Source of the DNA: a bacterium
Lineage (GTDB): Bacteria; UBA8248
Length of the DNA stretch: 64,000 bases
Direction: 5' to 3'
NCBI GenBank assembly: GCA_965204535.1
Contig: OZ241996.1
Span: forward strand, 576,001-640,000
Below the pieces are notes generated by a model. The model was not told the DNA's origin. It ran no database searches and was given only the letters and a program-made list of their open reading frames with translations. Below, one piece after another: positions 37,027 through 44,719 of the stretch. The stretch's first letter is position 1. Every line of letters begins with the position of its first letter. The position numbers were made by a program, and so were the translations under genes.

Positions 37027-38265
37027 ATGCGCCGACCGACCAAGCCGAAGCGGCTCTATATCGATTTCGACGGTTTTTTCGCGTCCTGCGAGGAACAGGC
37101 GGACCCCGGCCTGCATGGCCGTCCCGTCGGGGTCATAGCGTTCGCGGGGGCGCGCAACAGTTGCGTGCTCGCCGCAAACCCTGCGGCCAAGAGGTTCGGC
37201 GTCAAGACCGGGACCGCCATCGCCGAGGCCCGCCGGTTGTGCCCCCGGATAACGCTCGCGCCGCAGCGGCCGGACATGTACGTCCGGATCCACCGGCGGA
37301 TCATCGCTGCGGTGCTCTCCGTGTTGCCGATCGACGTCGTTTGCTCGATCGACGAGCTCGCCGCCGTTCTGGGTGAGCGGGACCGCCCCGAAGAGGTCGC
37401 GGGGCGGATCAAGGCCCGGGTGCGGGCAGCCGTCGGGGAACGCATCACCTGCTCCATCGGCTGCGCGCCCAACAGGTGGCTCGCCAAGATCGCCGTGGAA
37501 CTGGACAAGCCCGACGGCCTGACGGTGCTGTTTCCCGCCGACCTGCCGGGTCCTCTCCTCGGCCTCGGGCTGGAGGCGTTGCCCGGGGTAGGCAAGCGCA
37601 TGCGCGCGCGTTTGAAACAAGGCGGGATAGCGACGGTCGAGGACGTCTGGAAAACGGATCCCGGACGGCTGCGTTCGCTCTGGGGCAGCGTGAATGGCGC
37701 GCGCTTCTGGTACGCGCTCCACGGCTACGCTGTGGAGCCGCCGGTGACGAGGCGCGGCTCGATCGGCCACGGCCGGGTCCTGCCTCCGGGGGAGCGCAGC
37801 GCGCAGTCCGCCCGGCCGATGGCCAGGCAACTGGTGGTGAAGGCGGCCCGGCGCCTGCGCCGGGAGGGGGTCTTCGCCCGGAGGCTCACCCTGTCGGCCG
37901 ACTGTCTCGATGCGCCCTCCTGGACGGCCTCGGCGGCCGTCCCAAGAGCGAACGACGATCTGACCTGCCTGGGCGCCCTCTCGGCGCTCTGGCCCGCACT
38001 CGCCTCGGCGCGGAGCCGGGCGGCGGTGTTCCGGATCGCCGTCTCGTTCGACCGGCTCACCTCCTCGGATGAAACACAACTCGAACTGCCTATCGGCGAG
38101 CCGGACGAGGGACGCCGGTTGGCGAGGCTTGCCGCCGCCGTCGATGCGATCAACGGCCGCTATGCGCGCACCGTCGTCGGCTACGGCGGCTGCGCTCCTC
38201 CGGGCGGCTACGTGGGGGCCAAGATCGGGTACGGCCGCATTCCCGGGCATGAGGATTTCCGGTAG
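37027..38265 (+). CDS. Y-family DNA polymerase (DinB/UmuC-like)
   Basis: YIDFDGFFASCE, AKRFGVKTG, EARRLCP, SIDE, LAKIA...KPDG, LPGVG. Confidence 0.9.
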   Translation: MRRPTKPKRLYIDFDGFFASCEEQADPGLHGRPVGVIAFAGARNSCVLAANPAAKRFGVKTGTAIAEARRLCPRITLAPQRPDMYVRIHRRIIAAVLSVLPIDVVCSIDELAAVLGERDRPEEVAGRIKARVRAAVGERITCSIGCAPNRWLAKIAVELDKPDGLTVLFPADLPGPLLGLGLEALPGVGKRMRARLKQGGIATVEDVWKTDPGRLRSLWGSVNGARFWYALHGYAVEPPVTRRGSIGHGRVLPPGERSAQSARPMARQLVVKAARRLRREGVFARRLTLSADCLDAPSWTASAAVPRANDDLTCLGALSALWPALASARSRAAVFRIAVSFDRLTSSDETQLELPIGEPDEGRRLARLAAAVDAINGRYARTVVGYGGCAPPGGYVGAKIGYGRIPGHEDFR

Positions 38266-38516
38266 TGGCGCTTTGTCTGGGCGATTACGCCGGGGGGGAC
38301 TGGTATTTCATCGCGTCATGCGGGGCCTGCGGCCGGGAGACGGCCCTGGAACCCGATGAACTCCTGGCCCGACCAGGGACGGGAAAAGTGCACCGCGGAA
38401 TGCGCGTGGAAGAGCTGGAGGCCCTCCTGCGCTGCCGGGAATGCCGCTCGAAGAGGGTGGATCTCGAGCCGGTCGCCAGAACCCGCAGACAGGGTTTCGT
38501 CGGCGGGATGATCTGA
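38265..38516 (+). CDS. Small Zn-ribbon-like hypothetical protein
   Basis: Two CxxC pairs (CGAC, CREC); start overlaps the polymerase stop. Confidence 0.6.
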   Translation: MALCLGDYAGGDWYFIASCGACGRETALEPDELLARPGTGKVHRGMRVEELEALLRCRECRSKRVDLEPVARTRRQGFVGGMI

Positions 38517-38575
38517 GAGGCGAGGCGCTTTTCGGGAATGCCGGGTATGTCTTGTCTCTCGCCGGTTTCGTTCGA

Positions 38576-38966
38576 GGGGTTGTTGAAAGAGCCTCCCTTG
38601 TCAGGGGACAAAGGACAGCCCCTCCTCGGGGCTGTCCTGCCCCCCCTACTCCCCTTGTCAGGGGGGTATAAAAAGGCGACGCCCGCCGCCGGGTAGAGGG
38701 GCTTTTGTTTTTTCTTGCCCCCCTGACAAGGGGGGGTAGGGGGGGTGGTTTTGTAGGGACAGGTCGCGACCTGTCCCTACGGCGGCGTCCCTCGACACGG
38801 CCCTTGCGGGCCTACTCAGGATGAGGGTGTTTTTAGTCTTCCTCACCCTGAGTAGCCGCCGAAGGTCAAACGCGACTGAGAAAGGAGCGTTTGTATCGAA
38901 GGGCCTGTCCCGATCCCCTCGAAGGGCGAGTTGGTTCTCTTTTTGAGGGACTTTTTCAACAATCCC
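38576..38966. mobile_element. MITE-like modular repeat, copy 4 (nested composite), with 4-bp target-site duplication
   Basis: TIRs GGGGTTGTTGAAAGAG / CTTTTTCAACAATCCC flanked by TCGA on both sides; contains the core (38639-38746), a GTAG REP (38753-38780) and further palindromes. Confidence 0.8.
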
Positions 38967-39041
38967 TCGAATCAGCCCTGCGCGCCTTGCGGAGCGCGGG
39001 TCGGGATTGTAGGATTCGCGCGTCCTCAGGGAGAAAGCAAA

Positions 39042-40133
39042 ATGGTGATTCAAAAGAAAGAGGTAGGCGTCGGCCTGATCGGCGCGGGCAAGATCGGCTC
39101 GCTTCGCGCGCATCTGGCGGCAACCTCGCCGGTGGTGAATTTTTTCGCCATATCCGACATCGACCCCCAGCGCGCTGAGGCCGTCGCCCAGCAGAACGAG
39201 GCGGCCTTTCACACCTCGGACAACCGTGAGGTCATCGAACACCCCCAGGTGGATGCGTTAATCGTGTCGACGCCCGAGGGCGAGCACACAGAAGCCATCT
39301 GCATGGCGCTCGAAATCGGAAAGCCCGTTCTGGTGGAAAAGCCCATCGCACTCACGCTGCCGGATGCGGACAGGATCATGGAGTCGAGGGCCAGGGGCGG
39401 CGCCGAGCTCTACATCGGCTACACGCAGCGGATCAGGCGGAAATTCCTGGCGATCAAGGAGCACATCGACGCGGGCCGCCTCGGCGAGGTGATGACCGCG
39501 CGCATGACGATCTACAACACGCGCCCCACGGCGCGCCAGGTCTACCTGCGCGCCCCGCACGCGAACCCCTTCACGGACGAGATCACCTACATGGCCGACA
39601 TGGCGCTCTGGTTCTTCCAGCCCAGAAAGCCGGTGCGCGTCTACGCGCAGGCGGGCAGCGAGGTGTTTCACGATCATCCGGACGGGATGGGCGATTACGG
39701 CTGGGCGGTCGTCACCTTCGAGGACGGGGCGGCGGCGTGCCTGGGCGGGAACTGGGCGCTGCCCGAGTACTGGCCCGCCACGGTGGCGACCATCAGCATG
39801 GACATCTTCGGGAGCGAGGGCGCCATCCGCATCGACGACGGGCACAAGGACGTGATGATGGTGGGCAACGAGCGCGTCCCCTCGCCCTACGCGCCCGATT
39901 CCTCGGTGGAGGTCGCCTTTCTGGGCTCCGCCATGCCGGGCGACTGGGCCGTGGGCGATTTCGTGGGGCCGATGCGAGACGAGACGAGGCTGTTCCTGGA
40001 GCGCGTCACCACCGGCAAGGATGTGCCGCTTTGCGACGCGGAGACGGGCCGCGCCGTGCTCGAACTCACTCTCGCGATGGAAGAGAGCGCCCGCCGGGGC
40101 GGCGAGGTGGTCGAACTGCCGTTTAAAGGATGA
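39042..40133 (+). CDS. Gfo/Idh/MocA family oxidoreductase
   Basis: VGLIGAGKIG, VSTPEGEH, VLVEKPIA. Confidence 0.9.
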   Translation: MVIQKKEVGVGLIGAGKIGSLRAHLAATSPVVNFFAISDIDPQRAEAVAQQNEAAFHTSDNREVIEHPQVDALIVSTPEGEHTEAICMALEIGKPVLVEKPIALTLPDADRIMESRARGGAELYIGYTQRIRRKFLAIKEHIDAGRLGEVMTARMTIYNTRPTARQVYLRAPHANPFTDEITYMADMALWFFQPRKPVRVYAQAGSEVFHDHPDGMGDYGWAVVTFEDGAAACLGGNWALPEYWPATVATISMDIFGSEGAIRIDDGHKDVMMVGNERVPSPYAPDSSVEVAFLGSAMPGDWAVGDFVGPMRDETRLFLERVTTGKDVPLCDAETGRAVLELTLAMEESARRGGEVVELPFKG

Positions 40134-40137
40134 AAAA

Positions 40138-41226
40138 GTGAAGCAGATCGGATTGGGCATCATTGGTTCGGGGCGCATGGGGAGGCTGCGCGCGCACCTG
40201 GCGTCGGGCTCGCCGGAGGTGAAATTTCTGGCGCTCTCGGACAGGGACCCGGCACGTGCGAAACTCATTGCGGAAGAGACGCAGGCCGATTTCCACTCGG
40301 GCGACAATGAAGAAGTGCTCGCGCATCCCGACGTGGATGCCGTCATCGTCTCCACACCCGAGTTCGATCACGCCGACGCCGTCTGCCGGGCGCTGGAACT
40401 TGGAAAGCCCGTGCTGTGCGAAAAGCCCATATCCCTCTCTTTGGACGATGCGGACAGGATTCTCGCGGCGTATGAGAAATCGAATACCGAGCTCTTCATC
40501 GGCTACACGCAGCGCCAAAGGCGCCGTTTCCTGAACGCCAAGGAGCAGATTCAAAGAGGCCGCCTGGGGCATCTGCAGACCGCGCGGGCCACGCTCTATA
40601 ACGTCACCACCAACGGGGCGGAGATATACAAGCGCGCCGCCCATGCCGGCCCCGTCACCGACACGCTCACCTACATGGTGGACATCTGTCTCTGGTATTT
40701 CGAGGGCAGAAAGCCCAGGCGCGTCTACGCCCAGGGGGGCAGCAAGGTGTTTCCGCATCACCCCATGGGCTGCGGGGACTGGGCTTGGGCGATCCTCACC
40801 TTCGAGGACGGCGGCACCGTGAACTTCGGCTGCTCGTGGATACTGCCCGACAACTGGCCGGCGAACATCACCTCCATCGACCTCGAAGTCATGGGCACCG
40901 AGGGGGCCATCGCGATTGACGATTCGCACAAGAACGCCGTCATGGCGACGAACAAGGGCGTTCCCTCGCCGTATGTGGACGGCATGACCTCGGACGTGGT
41001 GTTCCTGGAGTCGATGATGGCGGGAGACTGGCTGGTGGGTGATTTCTGGGGGCCGATGCGCGATGAGACGAGGCTTTTTCTCGAAAGAGTGACGATGGGC
41101 CGGAGCGTCTCGCTGGCGCTTCCCCATCACGCCCGCACCGTGCTCGAGGTTACGCTGGCGATCGAGCACAGCGCGAAAGAGAACAGGCCGGTCGACTTTC
41201 CCCTCACGAACGCGCATTCCCATTAA
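40138..41226 (+). CDS. Gfo/Idh/MocA family oxidoreductase (tandem paralog)
   Basis: LGIIGSGRMG, VSTPEFDH, VLCEKPIS; colinear similarity to the upstream gene. Confidence 0.9.
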   Translation: MKQIGLGIIGSGRMGRLRAHLASGSPEVKFLALSDRDPARAKLIAEETQADFHSGDNEEVLAHPDVDAVIVSTPEFDHADAVCRALELGKPVLCEKPISLSLDDADRILAAYEKSNTELFIGYTQRQRRRFLNAKEQIQRGRLGHLQTARATLYNVTTNGAEIYKRAAHAGPVTDTLTYMVDICLWYFEGRKPRRVYAQGGSKVFPHHPMGCGDWAWAILTFEDGGTVNFGCSWILPDNWPANITSIDLEVMGTEGAIAIDDSHKNAVMATNKGVPSPYVDGMTSDVVFLESMMAGDWLVGDFWGPMRDETRLFLERVTMGRSVSLALPHHARTVLEVTLAIEHSAKENRPVDFPLTNAHSH

Positions 41227-41238
41227 GTCCCATTCGCG

Positions 41239-41610
41239 GTGAACTCCGGGCAACAGACCCTGCTTTCGCATCCTCAGTACGAACTCGGAAAATCCGCTTC
41301 GGGCGAGTTTTTCATACTCACAGGCGATCTCGATGCGGAGGGAGCGGCGCGTGTTCTCGAAGCGATGGAAGGCCAGGTCTTGAGCGCAGACCTCACGAGC
41401 CTCAATCTGGAGGAGCTTGAGCTTATTGACGGCGCCGCCGTCGCCCGGATGGTGGATTTAATAAGGCTCCTTTTGAGAGGCTCTGCGAGTGTTCGCGTAT
41501 TAAAATCTCCGCAGTCTCTGGCGCACACCCTCTACCGGGTGGGGATGCTGGAGGGAGACGCGCGGCTCGAACTCATCGAACCGAGGCAGGAAGAGGGTAC
41601 GACCAACTGA
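41239..41610 (+). CDS. STAS-domain-like small protein
   Basis: LTGDLDAEG...LNLEELELIDGAAVARMV resembles the STAS/MlaB fold pattern. Confidence 0.5.
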   Translation: MNSGQQTLLSHPQYELGKSASGEFFILTGDLDAEGAARVLEAMEGQVLSADLTSLNLEELELIDGAAVARMVDLIRLLLRGSASVRVLKSPQSLAHTLYRVGMLEGDARLELIEPRQEEGTTN

Positions 41611-41628
41611 GGAAGACAGGAGCCATCC

Positions 41629-42519
41629 ATGAGTCCGATATCACCCGATGATCCCTATGAGAGAAAGCGCGTCCGCGTGCTGGGCGCGGAGATGGCGTAT
41701 ATCGAAGCCGGGGAGGGCGACCCCATCGTGCTCCTGCACGGCAACCCGGCCACCTCTTATCTCTGGCGGAACGTGAGCCCCCATCTGGAGGGCCTGGGGC
41801 GGTGCCTCGCGCCCGATTTGATGAACAGCGGGGCGTCGGAGGGCATCCCCGGCGGCGGCTTGCGCTACCGGGATCACATCCCCTACATGGACGCCTGGTT
41901 CGAGGCGGTGGGCGCGACGGAAAACGCCTTTTTCGTGCTCCACGACTGGGGGGCCGCGCTGGGCTTCAACCGCGTCTCCCGCTTCCCGGAGCAGGTGGTC
42001 GGCCTCGCCTATATGGAGTCCATGGTGCGCCCGCGCCTCTGGACGGACATGCCCGAGGACAGGGTCGCGCAGTTCCAGACGCTGCGCGGCGAGGCGGGTC
42101 TCGCCATGGTGATGGAGGATAATTTCTTCGTCGAGACCATGCTGTTCGAGCGCGGGATCGTGCGCGATCTGAGCGAGGCGGAAAAGGAGGCTTATCGCGC
42201 ACCCACCCGGGACCCCCAGAAAAGAAGGCAGACCCACCAGTGGGCGTGCGAGATTCCCTTCGAGGGTGAGCCTGCGGACAATTACGAGATCGTGAAGCGC
42301 TACAGCGATTATCTGCGCGGGAGCGGAAATCTCCCCAAACTCTTCATCAACTGCGAATTCGGCCACGCCCTGGCGGGGGCCGCGCGTGAATTCTGCCGAC
42401 AGTGGCCGAACCAGGAGGAGATAACGATTCCGACGCGCCACTACGGGCAGGAGGACTGCCCCGATGAGATCGGAGAGGCCGTGGCGGGGTTTATCCGCAA
42501 GGTGCGGGGGTGTAATTGA
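41629..42519 (+). CDS. Haloalkane dehalogenase (DhaA/LinB-like)
   Basis: LHGNPATSYLWRN, nucleophile HDWG, acid YMES, catalytic His in RHYGQED. Confidence 0.85.
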   Translation: MSPISPDDPYERKRVRVLGAEMAYIEAGEGDPIVLLHGNPATSYLWRNVSPHLEGLGRCLAPDLMNSGASEGIPGGGLRYRDHIPYMDAWFEAVGATENAFFVLHDWGAALGFNRVSRFPEQVVGLAYMESMVRPRLWTDMPEDRVAQFQTLRGEAGLAMVMEDNFFVETMLFERGIVRDLSEAEKEAYRAPTRDPQKRRQTHQWACEIPFEGEPADNYEIVKRYSDYLRGSGNLPKLFINCEFGHALAGAAREFCRQWPNQEEITIPTRHYGQEDCPDEIGEAVAGFIRKVRGCN

Positions 42520-42549
42520 GTGTGTCACGGTTACAGGAGAGTCTGATAG

Positions 42550-42843
42550 ATGACCAAGAACACCAAGGTTACTGATGCGAAAATAATGTATGCCGTGCTT
42601 GTCATGCTAAATAGCAGAGGACCTCTCAGCGGGAGTGAAATAAAAGAGCACGTGTTGGAGGCGCTTATAACACGCACCGATTATAAAAAGTCAGGATATT
42701 TGAAAAGTAAAAAACAAGTTGGAACCCAAGAACATATTTGGGAAATCACTGATAAAGGGGTTGAAGCACTTAAAATGGCCGATATTGATTTATATGAACA
42801 AGCGCGCTTGGAAAGCAAGGCGCAATATGATGCCAAGGAGTAA
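42550..42843 (+). CDS. AT-rich small ORF resembling an Mrr N-terminal winged-helix domain (possible remnant)
   Basis: KKSGYL...WEITDKG pattern; abrupt drop in GC; no nuclease domain follows. Confidence 0.4.
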   Translation: MTKNTKVTDAKIMYAVLVMLNSRGPLSGSEIKEHVLEALITRTDYKKSGYLKSKKQVGTQEHIWEITDKGVEALKMADIDLYEQARLESKAQYDAKE

Positions 42844-42846
42844 ATT

Positions 42847-43227
42847 ATGCCTATCTACAGATTCGAGAACCTGAAGGACGTTCAGCAGAACCCCGGCCTC
42901 TCCTCGGGCCACGGGGAGAGCATCAAGGGGGAGCGGATGTATTTCTGCCACCGCATCTGGGAGGCGGGCACGGAGGCGAAGCCGCACTACCACGCCTGCG
43001 AGCAGTTCATCTACATCATGCGCGGCAGGCAGAAGTTCACGATGGGCGGCGAGGAGTACGAACTGGGGCCGGGCGACGTCATCCACATTCCGGCGAACGA
43101 GGTACACGCGGCGGAGATGATCGAAGAAGTCGAGGCCATCTACGTCAAGGACACCACCTGGAGCCTGAAAGGCGTGGCCGCCGGCGAGGCCGCCCCCGAC
43201 GCGCCGCCGCCTGATGATCCGTTTTAA
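42847..43227 (+). CDS. Cupin domain protein
   Basis: PHYHACEQFIYI and GDVIHIPANEVH motifs; AAGGAG RBS. Confidence 0.85.
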   Translation: MPIYRFENLKDVQQNPGLSSGHGESIKGERMYFCHRIWEAGTEAKPHYHACEQFIYIMRGRQKFTMGGEEYELGPGDVIHIPANEVHAAEMIEEVEAIYVKDTTWSLKGVAAGEAAPDAPPPDDPF

Positions 43228-43230
43228 GGG
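43189..43230 (+). repeat. Direct repeat copy 1 (cupin gene 3' end)
   Basis: GCCGCCCCCGACGCGCCGCCGCCTGATGATCCGTTTTAAGGG; repeated at 43685-43726. Confidence 0.75.
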
Positions 43231-43254
43231 GGAGTGATAAGAGGCGAGATAGTG

Positions 43255-43539
43255 TCAGGCATCTTGGGCCAGGAACTTCGCTCCTGGAATGACTTCCTCG
43301 ATGGATTTGCCGGTGAGTTCCAGGTAGAGGGCGTCCGCGCAAAGCTCAGCGTCCTCATCCTAGGCGATGGCCCTGTGGGGAGCAATGCGGACTTCCTCGA
43401 AACAGCCCGGTTTGCTCCAGGCTTTGAATGCGCCGCGTCCGACGAGACCGGAGAGGTCGATCTCGCCTTCCAGGCCATCGGAATAGCGAATCCAAATCCA
43501 GTTTCCGGGACGAGGTTCCACGCAAACAGGTTGAATCAT
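43255..43539 (-). pseudogene. DUF2442-like protein with an internal amber stop
   Basis: GAGGAG RBS; MIQPVCVEPRPGNWIWIRYSDGLEGEIDLSGLVGRGAFKAW...FEEVRI...AIA*DEDAELCADALYLELTG. TAG at 43360-43362 falls where the family normally has Trp. Confidence 0.7.
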
Positions 43540-43684
43540 CGCTGCTCCTCCGTGTTTTCTTATGGAACATGCGCTGCAGAATCAGGACCTGCGTTTCCTT
43601 ATTCGATATCGTATTCGAGAAGAAGACAGTCCTCAAGTCCGTTGAACGCGGTCGCATTCCGGTGAAGTCTGTCAACAAGGCGCA

Positions 43685-43726
43685 GCCGCGCCCGACGCGC
43701 CCCCACCCGATGATCCGTTTTAAGGG
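43685..43726 (+). repeat. Direct repeat copy 2 (diverged duplicate of the cupin 3' end)
   Basis: Encodes the same AAPDAPPPDDPF* with four synonymous differences. Confidence 0.75.
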
Positions 43727-43786
43727 ATCGAACACGATTGATGAATGAGTGTTCGACGCAACTGATAAAGGAGCGATTGCTTGATG

Positions 43787-44111
43787 CGGGAGAACATGCA
43801 GGTTTTCCCCTACGAAACCATTCGTCTTCCGTAGGGGCGGACCCGCGTGTCCGCCCGGTTTTCGTTTTTAGTCGTCATTCCGGCGCATGCCGGAATCCAG
43901 AACCGATGAAATAGATATCCGGCGGCATTCCATTGTCTCCATAATTCGCGGGGAATACCGGTAAAAACCAAAGGCGAAAAACAAATTCCCTGGATTCCGG
44001 CATACGCCGGAATGACGGCGTTGTGGACTGATCCCGACGGACGCGAGAGGGTGAATGTGAATCGTTTTCGTAGGGGCCGTTCGCGAACGGCCCCTACAGG
44101 TCGCGACCTGT
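43787..44111. repeat. Cluster of REP-like palindromes (BIME-like)
   Basis: GTAG-type at 43831-43856 and 44070-44097; inverted CGTC-type pair CGTCATTCCGGC...GCCGGAATCCAG at 43873-43900 and 43990-44017; ACAGGTCGCGACCTGT at 44096-44111. Confidence 0.75.
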
Positions 44112-44148
44112 GGGGCAGTCCCGAGCAGGAACTGCCACTACAGACGTT

Positions 44149-44565
44149 CTACACCTTCCCGTAGAGTTCCTCCGCCTTGGCGTCGAGGTGCCTGATGATG
44201 TCCTGAAGATCGTCGGGGTAGTGGTGATCGGCCCCCAGGTCGGGGTCTTCGGCGGGTGACTTCGCCACGAACATCACAGCCTTTTCCGTCAGCGTCCTGC
44301 CGCCGTGGAGCGTTCCCCGGGGGATGTGAACGATGTCGCCGGGGCCGATGATGCGCTCCTCATCGCCGAGGCGCATGTAGCGCTTGCCCTCGATGATGTA
44401 GATGTATTGCTCCTCGTTGTTGTGCCAGTGAGGCTTGGAACCCGTGCCCTTACGGTAGGTGACGACGCCCGCCTTCATGAATTCCCCGGCGAGGGGCTTG
44501 TACTCGCCCGGGTTTCCCGTGCGGAGTTGTACGTTCTCGATGGTCTCGGTGCTGTAAAAAGGCAT
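44149..44565 (-). CDS. Cupin domain protein
   Basis: PHWHNNEEQYIYI and GDIVHIPRGTLH motifs. Confidence 0.85.
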   Translation of the reverse strand: MPFYSTETIENVQLRTGNPGEYKPLAGEFMKAGVVTYRKGTGSKPHWHNNEEQYIYIIEGKRYMRLGDEERIIGPGDIVHIPRGTLHGGRTLTEKAVMFVAKSPAEDPDLGADHHYPDDLQDIIRHLDAKAEELYGKV

Positions 44566-44719
44566 TTCATGCTCCCCTGCGGTAGTGTGCCTGAAAGAGA
44601 ATGGCTCAAAAGAACCTGCGAATCATAACCCGATTCCAGGAATGGTATCATCTCGCGTATACTCCACCCATCTGAGACAAAGGTTTGGTTCAAAATTCCG
44701 GTATCAGGAGGAGAGGCGC

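Noticed and set aside
43360-43362. Pyrrolysine read-through of the TAG in the DUF2442-like gene
   Set aside because: The position corresponds to an expected Trp (TGG to TAG is a single transition) and there is no pyl context in the window.
43234-43748. Plus-strand ORFs 43234..43665 and 43428..43748
   Set aside because: They have no recognisable motifs and are antisense shadows of the DUF2442-like pseudogene.
4280-44111. CRISPR array interpretation of the recurring 28-bp palindromes
   Set aside because: The copies are dispersed singly, not in a regular repeat-spacer array, and no cas genes are present.
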